From Trichodelitschia bisporula (Eukaryota), in contig ML996709.1 in assembly GCA_010356995.1 (NCBI GenBank), positions 200,606 through 264,605 of the forward strand: a stretch of DNA of 64,000 nt, in the 5' to 3' direction. Below, piece after piece: positions 26,837 through 38,913 of the stretch; position 1 is the first letter of the stretch; every line of letters begins with the position of its first letter. A program made the translations under genes and the position numbers. A model generated the notes under the pieces. The model made no database searches, was not told the DNA's origin, and was given only the letters and a program-made list of their open reading frames with translations.

Positions 26837-27329
26837 CGGTCTGGGGAGTTTGACGGAGGTCGGCGTTGGGGCCTTGCGGTTTGGGAAGTCGGCATGTATC
26901 ACGGGGTCGCATGGAGTTGGATGGAGAAGGTATGCCCCCGCATTGGGATTTCAGCTAGCAGCATAGGGAGCTTTAATATCTTTTCGCTCGAGAGTGCGGT
27001 ACCGCAACCTGACAAAGGATCATCTCGGATCATGGATGCTCTCTGTGTACACTTCGTCTGGGAGGAGGAGTGGTCGACCATTACTCCCAGAACCGGCTTC
27101 GAGCTTTCTTCCTCATGGCTTATTGCACATGTCTGCATTGCCTTTTCGCCCTCGACCACTAGCTAGAAGCCGCCCGACAGGGCTCAAGGACTACCCGTGA
27201 AAGTCATACCGGCCCCTGGCCACAAAACCCAGGCTGTACGCAATGGCGTAGCGGTCGGGAAGTGAGCTGTACATCCGTAAACAGGTTCATTTGCTCGTGC
27301 AAGGCCTATTTCGGCAGATTTGAACCTCG

Positions 27330-28487
27330 TCATTCTACCGCCACTTCGAATGCATCCATGATATGGACGCACAATGAATTAAGACCTTAAGGCAGATATG
27401 GCTACTGAACTAAGGAGCATATTTCATTTGGACGGAGCGCACCACTTGGACAGGGTGCTTGCCAAATGCAGGAGCACGGTCATACTGTACTCCTAACTGA
27501 GGTAAGCACCGCTGACGCAATAATGGAAGGAGCTACGGAGGATATGATGTACATATTTAAGAGCCTCTCGACTCTCTCCTGCTCTTTGTCTTTTAGCAAA
27601 CATTCAGTTTACACCGATGCCGCTGCATGTGTAGAACTAGAGCATTACTCCCAATAATCCAACTCTCTTTCTAAAAGACCTAACTTCAACCCCACTGCCT
27701 CTACCAATATATTCAATTCTTGTTCCAGCTTGTTTACCCTCTTCTGCTGCTCTTGACACGGCTCCCACTTGAGAGAAGAAACAGCTTGGGACAGGCCCAC
27801 CCTCTCGTTGTAGTTTCTTGTCATTTCCAGTAATTGTTCCGCCTTGATTCTTCTCTTCCTCAAGTCCCCTGCTTTTCGCATCGGGCCTTCCAGCAGTAGT
27901 GATCTGCGTTCTCCGAGTTCAGGCTTTTATTCCACATGTTGTGATTGCTCAAGGTCCCAGGCTTCCTTCCCAAGTGGTTGCACTTCCAGCTCTCCTCTGC
28001 AGTCAGCAAGTAGGTTCGGATGGCGGGCTGAGAATGTCGAGTCCGCCGACGCATATTATCGACTGAGAGGAAGTGGGATTTCAACCGCGTCATCAAACGG
28101 GAGGAATATTCCCCTGGGATAGGGGCTGAAGTATGAATCAGCGTTGGAATAGGAGAAGCTGTATTGTTCCAATGGCGGCCAGGGCATTCCGGCCTTTGTC
28201 GAATGTGTCGTCTAGGCACCGTTACAACTAGGATCAGGAAGAGGCACGTTTCCAGCAACCTCACCAGAAAGTGTGTATATCCTGCCAGGGTTGGGGATAA
28301 AGAAGGGACCAGAATTAGAAGAGGGAGCGTTGAACTGGGTCAAAGTCGGCCAGCCCATTGGGACCTCGCGAAAATTATGGTGCAGGCACGGAATTTGATC
28401 CTTGGAGAGGGTGCGCGGGTTCTCAACATGCGTGGCTGATATAGACCCTGATTTGTCGGATTGCAGCTGGACTACAGCTTCGCACAC
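27330..28487 (-). pseudogene. IPLPPSxY-family member 1 (subfamily A), pseudogene interrupted by a solo LTR
   Basis: One frame from 28487 to 27645: GTG-CEAVVQ (ATG in the paralog)...VPLPDPSCNGA*...AVEIPLPLSR*YASADS...HVE*KP...LKLGLLERELD. After the LTR the frame resumes as DAFEVAVE* at ~27356, matching the C-terminus of member 2. Confidence 0.85.
27359..27656. mobile_element. Solo LTR (298 bp) with 5-bp TSD ATCCA
   Basis: atcca|TGATATGG...CTCCCAATA|atcca (TSDs at 27354-27358 and 27657-27661). It splits member 1 precisely and is homologous to 46834-47091. Confidence 0.85.
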
Positions 28488-29295
28488 CGTTGGCTAGGTC
28501 GTGGGGTGGTTGTTGTATGCCTTGATCTTGCTCTTTGCGGGTAGAACTAGATGTTAGACAATGTCGAAGGATAGAATATCTCAATATCACATACGGGGTA
28601 CGTACAGGTCTTCCGAAGCGAATGTCTTGCAAGGCTGCCCAGCAACAAGACGAGGCACTGATACCGACAACGCCGGGTGATGTGCAACGCAGCGGATGGA
28701 GGAGTGTCCTGCCAGCAGCGTGGAGATCGTATATGTGATGAGAAGGGCACTTGTGATAGCGTTGCGGCGGGGGTGTGGTCACTTTAATATATGCCGGCGG
28801 TGGGGGCTGTGCCCAAGGGCTACCTGAAATATCCATGCCTCGCCTGGTCTTTCGACAAGGCTACGCTAGCAGCCATGCCCCGCGTAAAACGGCAGGGGCG
28901 CCACCTGCAAAAGTCGTGGCGGCCCCGGTCCGCAAAGCCGCCCAGGCGGGAGGCCATGAATATTTCAGAAGACCCTTGAGCACAGCCCCACTGCCAACGC
29001 GATAAAGCGACCGCACCCTCGCCGCAGCATCACCACCCGCACTGTTCCCATCACACCTACGATCTCTACGACGCTGTTGGCAAGACACTTCTTCACTCGC
29101 TGTGTCGGACATCATATTACGCTCTCAGTATCAGCACCTCGTCTCGTTGTTCGGCGGCATTGTTAGAAACCGTGCGACAGAAGACCTGTACGTAGCCCGT
29201 ATCTGATACTCAGATTTTCTCTCGTCACATATCGTCTGACATCTACCTGTAAATAGCAGGATCAATCCATAAACAATCCCACGACTCAGCCAACG

Positions 29296-30000
29296 ATGTG
29301 CGAAACTGTTATCCTCACGCAAACTACGCCGACAGGCTCCACATTTACTACGCACATGGAGAAACTGTGCACAAACTCCAATGGCCGAGATCAATGCGAA
29401 CAGCATACCGTTCGGGAGACGACGCAGTTCCCAAAGGAATGGGCCCTGCTCGGCTGGTCCAACGTTTCTCCCTCCAATCCTGATACCTTGGTTGGCCCCA
29501 GGCGTAGCGAGGCATCTACCGTTTTTAATGAGGCGGTTGAAATCCCGCTTCCTCCCAGTCGGTACAATGCGTCGGCGGCGGATTCGATCATGGAAACCGG
29601 GACATCTAGCCCAGTCTTTGGCCGCAAAAGAGATCCGGAAATGCAACCGTTGCGGAAGAGCAACCGGCGCGTCGTGCAGCATGTTGAACGAGAGCCTGGG
29701 CCTAAAATGCCCGAACCGGCACCCATGGAAGATTTTCAGGTAAAACAAGTGTCTTTGGAGGTAAAAAGAATGCGGTTGGAAGCACTGCTGAATGACATGA
29801 GGGACTACGAGGAGAGGCGGGGCCAATCTCAAGAAATATCTGACAAATTGATGTCGTGTCAAAAACAGCAGCAGAAGGTAAAAGACCTGGAAAACGAGTT
29901 GATTCCATTGGTACAGGCTTTGGAATTGAAGTTAGGCCTTTTGGAAAGAGAGTTAGATGCATTCGAGGTGGCGTTGGAGGGATGGTTTGGACTAGTATAA
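29296..30000 (+). CDS. IPLPPSxY-family member 2 (subfamily A), 234 aa: Cys-containing N-terminal module, motif, C-terminal coiled coil
   Basis: Intact ORF MCETV...LCTNSNGRDQCEQH...AVEIPLPPSRYNAS...LELKLGLLERELDAFE; 5'-UTR intron-like segment ~29188-29260 shared with members 1 and 3. Confidence 0.8.
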   Translation: MCETVILTQTTPTGSTFTTHMEKLCTNSNGRDQCEQHTVRETTQFPKEWALLGWSNVSPSNPDTLVGPRRSEASTVFNEAVEIPLPPSRYNASAADSIMETGTSSPVFGRKRDPEMQPLRKSNRRVVQHVEREPGPKMPEPAPMEDFQVKQVSLEVKRMRLEALLNDMRDYEERRGQSQEISDKLMSCQKQQQKVKDLENELIPLVQALELKLGLLERELDAFEVALEGWFGLV

Positions 30001-30469
30001 TGGGCTATGCACGAGCAAATGAACCTGCTTACAGCTCACTTCCCGACCGCTACGCCATTGGACACAACCCCAGCCGAATCAACAAGGCTGTCTAGCAGTT
30101 ATGTCCAACACAGAACGGCCATCGGCCCCGGTCCGCGAAAGCCCGCGGGCAGAAAGGCCATGAACTTTTGGGGTCTGGGGCACAGTCCCACTGCCAGCAT
30201 CTTAAAATGACCACATCCCCACCTCACAGTTACCGTAAGCGCTAATCTCATCACGCATACAATATCTATGGTCCTTCAGCCGTTTTCTAACATTAGACAG
30301 CGTCGTTCTCGTCCGAGCCTCATCCATTGGAAAGGAGCCTTGCCCCAGAACCGTGCGACAAAATATTGGTATGTATCAATACCGGTCTCATTCGCTTCGT
30401 CTCGCATCGACTAACACCTCCTCCGAATGGCAGGACTAAGCTCTACAGCAAGCCCACTCTTAGTTAACA

Positions 30470-31170
30470 ATGTGTCAAGCCACTATCTCACGTACTGTTA
30501 CGGAGGAAGGCCTGCCGCCTCTCGTTACGCGGACAACTAACCTGTGTCCACGCTCCGACGGTCAAAATCTCTGCGATCTGCACCCTCCTCACGAGAGCGC
30601 GGCGGTTTCAGTAACCTGGCCGTCGTCCAACCAGCTCAACTTCCCCTCGGCTGGCTCGCTCCTGTCTTTTAACCCCAACCCTAGCGAGATGTTCACCCCA
30701 TTTGGTGAGGGCGTTGCGATCCCTCTTCCCCCTAGCAGATACGATGCGTCGACGTCAGATTCAACTATAACCTCCGGACTACCCAGCCCACTTGTTGGCC
30801 GCAACCGAGATCTGGAAACGCAACAGGTACATGAGGAAGCCCACGGCTCTGAGCAATCGCAACATGTGGAACAGGAGCCTAAGCCGAGAAACCTTAAACC
30901 CTCACTCTCGGAATATGACCTAAACAGAGCCATATACTTGCAGCAGAGACGAGTAGAGATGCAATGAGTACTGAGTGCGCTGGACACCTTCACAGAGGAG
31001 AAAGGTCGGTTACGAGATGCATATGTTATTTAGTCACGTCGAAAAGATGACTGGATATCACGTCAAAAGCAACCGCCGATGGTAAACAAGATGGAACAAG
31101 AAAACTTCACTCTATTCGGAGAGGCTTTGGAGTCAAAGGCAAAGCTGGATCTTCACCGAAAGGCTGTTAG
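30470..31170 (+). pseudogene. IPLPPSxY-family member 3 (subfamily A), truncated by TGA at 30965
   Basis: MCQATIS...LCPRSDGQNLCDLH...VAIPLPPSRYDAS...EQSQHVEQEPKP. After the stop, a degraded coiled-coil remnant (QKQPPMVNKMEQE, EALESK) parallels member 2. The end is approximate. Confidence 0.75.
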
Positions 31171-32061
31171 AAGAGGTTGAAAGGAAAGTGGGTGAACAGG
31201 CATCGTGCCTGTAAGCTCCTTGAGCCAGGATCTGTTATCTGATATCCATGGTCCGGTTTGTGGATATTGTAAGACCTTTATCTGTAGTAACCTACGTACA
31301 GTCCGAGTTGCTTGCTAGATGAATATATTTCCAAGAGAAATTTGCTCTATAACTAGTAATTAACACACAGTTTCCGATCTCATAGCTTTGACAGGACCAC
31401 CTAAAATAGGCGGTGAAGAACGACTAAACCTCTCAACTCATGCTTTGAAACAGTTGTATTAACCGCTGTTGAGGAGGAGAAGAGCTGGCGAAGAGGACGT
31501 AGCAGTACATCTCACTCCATGACCGCAGCGCTGAGAGCCCGCCCGTCGTCGATGAACAAGCAAAGATGATGCAGAAGCTCGGGCCGTCCCACCTTTCCCC
31601 GCGAACCTACTTTCACGCTAAGCCCTACCTCCTCAGCCGAGGCCTGATTGGGCACAGCCCCAGCCGGGCCGATAAGGCTGTCCCACACAACTCCACCCTG
31701 CAGCCCCAGAAAATTTGTCACACACGTCAAGCTTGGGAAAGAACATCAGCTCCCAACGACGCGAGGAAAATTAACAAGCTTGCTTGGTGTAGCCACAGCA
31801 TCTATTCATACCCCTAAACCGAGTTCATGCGTTTTTCTATCGCCTGTTGTGGTCGTTTTTGTCGTCGTAAACCCTGTCGGTCTGTGACACTTGATATTTC
31901 CTCCCCTGTGGCGGCTTAGGGCGGTCTTGCAAGTTATGGCACAGCCCCATTTCCAACCTGCTATTATTTGGTGCGCACATTCCCCTGGATTGCCTCAAGG
32001 AGTGATTCTTACGCGTTCAATTCGAGCACCGCCTTGCCACGGATCCTACGGCCCCAGCACC

Positions 32062-33250
32062 ATGTCCAAACTCATTATCCGCAACACTGTCACCAACTCA
32101 GGAGCGCAAGCACAAGCTGAGGAAAAGCGACTTGGTGCGCGCTCCGACAGCTTGCATCTGTGCCCTACAGTTAAACGCCTCACCCGGCCCGAATCCTCGA
32201 TAGCTCTTCCATCTGGTCTTGGGTCCACTAGCAGCCCCATCTCTGTCCCTTCTTCCCCGGAAGACACCGTCATGCTTGATGAAGCGGGGGCAATTCCGCT
32301 TCCGCTCAGCAGATTCACCACTCCAGCCTCTACAACGTTGTCGCCTCCTACGGTCGGCCAAGCTCATGAGGGGACAAGGACGCTATCGCCTTCCCTAGCT
32401 CTCAACCCCATTCCCGAGGCGAGAGTAGAAGTACAAGAACAGAAAGATTCAGTTCCGAATAACATCCAACCCAAGTTAGGGAAGGCCAGTGAGCCGGGCT
32501 CCGCGCTTATGCCGACCGTTACCACCTGTTTCATCTGCAAGGCCACCTTTCCCAGCGTCCCGGACTGGCTCAAACACCAAAAAGACTGCCCGTTGCCCGC
32601 CAAAATTGGCCGTTTGCGGAGCAGCCCTCACCCTCCCAGTCGCCCCTTGAAATTCGCCCGGCTCACTGTACCTAAAAAGGGAGTGGTATTTGTCGTCGAC
32701 CACCCCCGCGTTAATGCCACACTCGACCGGTATAACTTGGCTAGCGACGAGGGCGCGCCCGGGCTGCCCCGGACGAGCTTGACGAAGACGACAGCACCTC
32801 TGATGGCACGTTTAGTTCTGGTACCCTCAACTATCCACCTCGCTCGGCTACTGATATGGAATGGCGACTGAGGGATTTAGAACTAGACCTTAAAGTGGAA
32901 GATCAAGAACGGGAATTGTGGAAACGTGAGATCAAAAGACTAAGACGGAGATGGTTCTTAAAGAGGAGACACGCAATACTAGAGCGGAGAGCTCAACAGG
33001 ACATAAACGTAGAGAACACGCATAACCCTGACCTCGTTTTTAATGTCAATTGCGCGAACACGGAAATGGATGAAGTGGAAAGGAAGTCAGCATTCCTGGA
33101 AGACGCGTTAGAAACGGCGTTGAACCATTTGGAACTGCACTTAATAGAAAAAATGGGTAAGCATCGACGCCTATATTGCAGATTTGTTATTCTAACTCCA
33201 CGTTAGGGATGGACGCTTTTGCCGACCGCCATCTACCGATGGGTTTTTAG
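32062..33250 (+). CDS. IPLPPSxY-family member 4 (subfamily A) with C2HC zinc-finger-like motif and coiled coil; probably spliced
   Basis: MSKLIIRNTVT...RSDSLHLCP...AGAIPLPLSRF...CFICKATFPSVPDWLKHQKDC. A phase-0 intron (32668 or 32686 to 32744), or a frameshift, joins the coiled-coil ORF. Intron 33157-33206 (gtaagc...ctaac...tag) gives LELHLIEKMGMDAF, like the member 2 tail. Confidence 0.65.
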
Positions 33251-33593
33251 GGCAGGATTGACTGATGCATCAAGGCAGCGAGGCAGCACGATATCGTTAA
33301 CACGGTGGCATGCTGGAATCATGCCATGACACAATATCAAGTCTTCGGGGCAACGTACGGTATGTTGATAGACCTGAGATTTCTCTCTCAACATCATCAA
33401 TTCAAGCATTCTCTCCAAGCTGTCTCATGCCATAACCCTAATACGGTTGACAGCTTTAGGACTTTGACAATTTCTGTGGCCTTTCTATGCACCTAAGAGT
33501 CTGGCTTTTCGGCTTCTGCAATACATTTCGTACCGTTCCAGCTTCAATATTTGCTTCCATTTCAGCACTAGGAGCCCGCCTGTCACTATTTTC

Positions 33594-34199
33594 TCACCGT
33601 GGAGTTTTACCGAGTAGATGCTCCCACGGCAGCAATAGACTCGGTGGGTCGGAGTGGTACACGGTGCTGCATGCGGGGATCGCGCTAATTGTGCTGACCA
33701 CCATTATTCCGAAGAAAGATGGTCGTTCCTCTTTCTGTAACCATTTCAGTTTGATCCGCACACCTTTCCTTCCTTCCTTTCCACTATGTCTCTCTTGTTT
33801 CCCCTCGAGCACTTCATCCAGCCGGCTCTCGGAGGAAGCAGGGGGAAGTGTCTCAGAGGAAGCAGGGCGAAGAGTGCCTGAGTATACCGACGTGCCCTAT
33901 AAAGACCTCGCATACGCCGATGTTTCGTACACCGATGTCTCTTATGTCGATCTCTCGTCGTTGCTGGGCCATAGCGGAATCTTGAAAGCAGAGTGACACT
34001 CTACCGATGGGTCATAGGAGTGGAAAGACCTCTCATACAACGAGTTCTCGTATGTGGATCCATCGTAGTTGCTGGGCGATAGTGGAATCTCGACAGCAGA
34101 GTGGCACGCATCCAGAAGCGCCGGATTCATGACTCGAATGGCCAGGCTCTCGTATTGCTTCCAAAAGCTGTTGGCGGGGTGCGGGTTCGGGAGAGACAT
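33594..34199 (-). pseudogene. IPLPPSxY-family member 5 (subfamily B), internal motif duplication, two in-frame stops
   Basis: CHSAVEIPLSPSNYDGSTY...CHSAFKIPLWPSNDERST*ETSVYETSAYARSL*GTSVYSGTLR aligns with member 6; its 5' flank 34225-34330 matches 37823-37930. Confidence 0.8.
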
Positions 34200-34644
34200 G
34201 GTCGCAGGCGTTACTAGTCGGAGAAGCTGAAGATGTTTTTCGATGGACAGAATCAGCGGTGATGAGAATTATTCTCACAATTATAGTCGTATGGAGGCAG
34301 CAGAGGATGTGTTTGCGCGAGATGGTGCGGCTCGCAAGCAGAAGTGGGATCGGCTGTGCTTTCGTGTCCGGTAAGCGGGTAAAGTTGGGCAACTTGGAAC
34401 AAGCCCCGCTTTCGGCCCCAGCCTAATGGCTGACCCGACCCTGCGGGCCTTGCCAACTGAACTACCGTCGATCTAGTTCTAAGGTACGGTACCCCGCAAG
34501 CCACTGGGGCGCGGACCTACCAGGGAGTGCCGGGCAGGACAGTTCGCGCCCTGCGAAACCTCACGAATCTCGTTCTAGCTCGACGAACCCTAGACACTGC
34601 CCGACGACGCCCCAACCTCTCAAACAGTACCCGCCCCACCAACC

Positions 34645-35559
34645 ATGCTCTTCCACGTAAAAAAGCTGCTCAAGGGCGCATGGTAGTACAGGTTTTGCGA
34701 TGATATATAAAGAGCTATGATGGTTTTACAACAGTTGCCCGAAACTGCTCGCCATGCGCCTTACCAAGATTATACGCCGGCTGCTTCGTTCATTCCCCGA
34801 TCGAAATAAGGCTACGACCGTCGCAGTCGACGCCAACGCCGACGCCAACTCGCCTAGAGCCTCCAGGCCGAGTAATCTTACTTCCTGCGATACTAGCCCT
34901 GGACCCGAACCGTTAGCCCGCCATGTTGCGTCCGTCGCTGAAATAAGCACAGGTGACATTCCTGTGTCGGAAGGTATAAATCCTACAACGGGTGCTGTCC
35001 CCGTCAGTGTCCTGGATGCGAAGGAGCTTAATGCGGGTACGATCATCATGAACTATTAGACACGCCTGACATTGTACTAGGACTGCCTGCGGTGTCGGAT
35101 TTTGCGCCTCGTGACGATGGTTGGTTGAATGAAGAACCTTGCTCGCCTCTTTATTCCGAGGACGAAGATGATCAGTTGTCCGAAATGACCTCGTCGAACT
35201 CGTCCATATATTCCAGGTCTTCAGTAGGAGCCAAGCGGGCCCGGTTCAAAAGGGGACGAGCAAAGCAGAGAAAACCTGGGATCCGAGTGCTTGAGCGGCT
35301 CAGCTTGCCTCATCAAGGGCCGGTGCAGGAGTTGGAGGCAAAGCCCCTGAGCCGAGAGCAGCGGACAGCCCTCTGGGTGAAAGAACAGCAGACCAGAGAC
35401 TGGTCGGCAAAACAAGCGGCAGAGTTTGAAAGTGACCGGCCTCATTCAACGAGATCTTCCAGACGGCCATCACCTGGGCTGGTCAAGCCGTCGGGGCGTG
35501 CTTCTAGCGAGGAGTCTTCTCCTTGGGAGGATTCTCCCCTCCCATCTGTTTGCGCCTGA
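34645..35559 (+). CDS. Orphan, probably three-exon, Ser/Arg-rich disordered protein
   Basis: Introns 34683-34734 and 35037-35080 (gtacga...ctgac...tag) join ORFs 34754 and 35092 in frame. No family motif or recognisable domain seen. Confidence 0.5.
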
Positions 35560-36161
35560 AATATCGCTGCGTCAAATCATCTGAATCTCAACAGTCTTGG
35601 TGGAGGACGGATTGGGGTCCCCCCTGTTGGAACTTTAAGGGCAGCGTTGCTCAGGTCAGAAAGGCTGAAGCGACATGAGTCGGCCTGTTAGAACTAGTGA
35701 TTGGGCGGCTACTGGAAGTCCCGAACTTATCTCTTCCAAGAAAAACGCAAAAGTTGAATCCCGCAGGATACCATACTCAGCCGGACATGCCGCTGAAAAA
35801 AGCCTGCGCTTCGTCGTCAAATGCCTTCACTCTGCATTACTGTGATGATTGCCTGTGCTAACGGGTCCGGCCCCACCTTCCCCGCAACCCGCTTTCACGC
35901 TACCGTACCGGGCCGTACCGTAGGACGTGCGCCGCCGAACCCTAGCCTTATTAGGTAAAGCCTCAGCCGGGCTGATAAGGCTGCGGAAGCCACCCAGCAG
36001 CCATGCGGTTACTTCTAGGCTATGACACAAGCCCCGCAGTTGCCAGCATTTTTTGGGGTGTGCGCATTCCCCAGCATTGCTCCGAGGGTATTTTCCACCA
36101 CGCTCACTTCGGGCACAGTTTTCCCGCGGATTCTCCGGCCCCTCAGCACTGCGCCATGATG

Positions 36162-36575
36162 ATGTGCCTATATAGCGTCTTCATAGTGGTCGCCGCCTCC
36201 GGCAAGCGGAGACGAACGGAGGGCTGGGAACTTTGCCGGACTGATGGCCAACGTCTGTGTTCTGGACCTCCCCTGCGAAGCGAGACAATCTACTATCTTA
36301 AGGACCAGGCAGCATATTTTTCCAAGGACGATGCATGCTATTTTCGCAAGGACGGGGCAACCATAAACGACTTTACGCCTCAGCGCATGGAGACCTATGA
36401 CATCGCCTTTCTTCCGATTCCGATCCCAAGTTCTCTGGCAACCCTGCCTCCGAACCCTCGATGAGAATGCTGTATACATGGTAAGGTGGTTTCAATTCCG
36501 CTTCCACTAGCCGTATACACAGGATCGGACACTGAGAGGCTGCGGCCCTCTCTCGCTCTCGTCCAAAGATGAAAC
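36162..36575 (+). pseudogene. IPLPPSxY-family member (subfamily A-like), degraded
   Basis: MCLYSVF...WELCRTDGQRLC (subfamily A Cys module). After TGA 36462-36464 the same frame reads VVSIPLPLAVY, and the DNA ATTCCGCTTCCACTAGCCGTATAC resembles member 7 ATACCGCTTCCACCTAGCCGGTAC. Upstream CAGCC..GATAAGGCTG element at 35964. Confidence 0.65.
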
Positions 36576-37261
36576 TCGAAAATACAAGTTTGAGAAGAGA
36601 AAAGGTCTGAGTCCAAGTGCAGCCGCAAGAGACGGTGAAGGTCTTCGGGCTGTCAGCACAATAAATACAAGCAGAATGGGACAAGCAAGAAGAAGATGCC
36701 CGCTCGGCGTCCGGCGTAAGTCCATCCTTCTTCTGAAAACACCAAGCGTATGACGCCCAGCGAGATACAACAATCTAGACTCGCAGCTTAAGACGCAGGT
36801 TATTCTCTCCCTCCACAATTCTTTTGTCCTTCTCGCGACAACCTCCTTATCTTTCGGATCGGGATCATCAACTTTCAGTCGGTTGGTAAACCCAGCCACA
36901 GAGGAAGGCAGATCATAATCACCTTCAGCCACTTCTCTCGCTCCCCTTTCCCCTTCTCATTCTCATTCACGCCAACGGAGTCAGTCACCAGGATTTACCC
37001 AAGAAGGATGATGGATTGTCACAAATTCTCTATGCTGGCAGAAACACGTACGTGTTGGCTACGTTCAGCGTGCCTACCAGCATAGCAAACGCTCTTCACT
37101 TGTGCCAAGATCATCTTTCTTCGAGCATAGACCGCGCCTAGATAGATAGAGAGTCTTGAAGAGAACCTCTCGCGCTCCATCGTCCATCCTTCCAACTGCT
37201 TCCCGCTCTGCGTCACATACTTCCTACTGAAATATCGTGTGAGTAAGAAAGAGGAGGATTT

Positions 37262-37795
37262 CTATTCCTTCTTCTTCCCGTTCTTTACATAAAGTGCCAA
37301 CTCCCTTCTTTCCTCCCGATTTAGCAGTGGGGACACGCCATTCTCCACTTTCCCATCGTTAATTTGCAGATCATAGACCGACGGTCTCGTTACTACCGAG
37401 AGCCAACGTCCGGCCATTAATACCCATTGGTCCCACCGACCGCGGCCTCCCGCTCTTTCCCGATTCATGGCCGCGGCCAGTACAGATAGCTGGTCCTCAG
37501 AGAGATAAGAACCAATTGTCGCAGCAGACGAAGAAGGCTGAAGTGCCTCAGTAAAGGAAGAAGAGCGAAGTGTCCCATCAGAGGAAGAAGAGCGAATGGT
37601 CTCAGCATATATCGACGGGTCATATGAAGACCTCGCATAGACCGATGCTTCGTAAGAGGAGCTCTGGTATGACGATCCATCGTAGTTGCTGGGCGGTAGT
37701 GGAATCTCGACAGCAGAGTGGCACTCATCCGGGACGGCGGTTTTGATGATTCGCGTGGTCCGGCCGTTGGCGGGGTACTGGTTTGAGGGAGCCAT
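37262..37795 (-). CDS. IPLPPSxY-family member 6 (subfamily B), intact
   Basis: MAPSNQYPANG...CHSAVEIPLPPSNYDGSSYQSSSYEASVYARSSYDPSIY...; open to the stop at 37262. Confidence 0.75.
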   Translation of the reverse strand: MAPSNQYPANGRTTRIIKTAVPDECHSAVEIPLPPSNYDGSSYQSSSYEASVYARSSYDPSIYAETIRSSSSDGTLRSSSFTEALQPSSSAATIGSYLSEDQLSVLAAAMNRERAGGRGRWDQWVLMAGRWLSVVTRPSVYDLQINDGKVENGVSPLLNREERRELALYVKNGKKKE

Positions 37796-38913
37796 GATCG
37801 CCGGCGGTGGCTGGTCGGACAAGGCTGAAGATGTTTTTTGATGAACGGAATCAACGGTGATAGGGAATCTTTCTCACAATGAGAGTTGGATGGAGGCAGC
37901 GAGGAAGTGTTCGTGAGAGATGATGCAGCCTGCTGACGAAGGTGGAGGGGCGGCTTTGGTTTTCTTGACTGGCGTGACAGGTTGTGTGGCTGAAGTGAGG
38001 AAGGGGGGGTGAAGGGCTGATAGGCAGGCTGACTGATGCAGTGCCGTCTCTGCCGTACTGTAGTTCTAGCACATCGACACGTCATACTTTCATGAGATAA
38101 CGGTACGTTCCGTAGAATACGCCCTCTTTCAAGTTCCCGGCCGATGAGCCAGCCGAAAAACGCACGACTACGGTACCCTGCTTGCGGTAGGCGCCTTTTG
38201 ATCACGCGGCGGCCACGACCTTTTTAGCTAGCTTTTGGCCGCAGTCATGGTGTGTGGTACTGGCAAGGCTGTGTACCACACCCATGCGGTACTACGAAGC
38301 GCGCTGGGCAGTAATCCACTGAAGGCCGGCATGGAGCTGCAACAGGTAACGTTAACTCTCAGGTCGCGGGATGAACGCCTGGGCCAGGAGGGCGATTAAC
38401 CTTAAGGCGTACAGCATGCTTGGACGAGTGTAACGCATCCGCGTCAACCAACGACAACAGCGATATCACCTGCTCGGAATCATTCGACCAAGGGAGCAGC
38501 TCCGCGCTATACAGACCGGTGAGGCTCGAAAACGCCCGGCCGACACTCCCGACAGCAACCGCAGTCAGAAAACTCCAAGCGGTTGCTTTAGTGTCTGCTT
38601 TCCTAGGTAACAGATGGGACACAATCCTCCAAGAGCAGAGATTCGGAATCATCTAATTGTCATCAAAGACAAAAGGCCTCGCGAAAAGTTCGTGGTAGTC
38701 TCGCCAAAAGATGAGGCCGCCGTTTACCGGGATCCAGGCCAACCGTAAAAGCCGTGGGCACCTTTTTCGAGCGTCGTGCAGGCAGAGGCAGTCACAATTT
38801 TTTCATTGGATAGACCCTGTCCTTCCCCGCTGCCCGACTCGACTTCAAAGGTTATCTCCACTTCATCACCGTGAGAATCACAAGTCTCTCTCCAGAAACA
38901 GCCCAATCCCGCG

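Noticed and set aside
36507..36932. 141-aa minus-strand ORF in the island
   Set aside because: Non-ATG start, overlaps the degraded + strand member, and has no recognisable motif.
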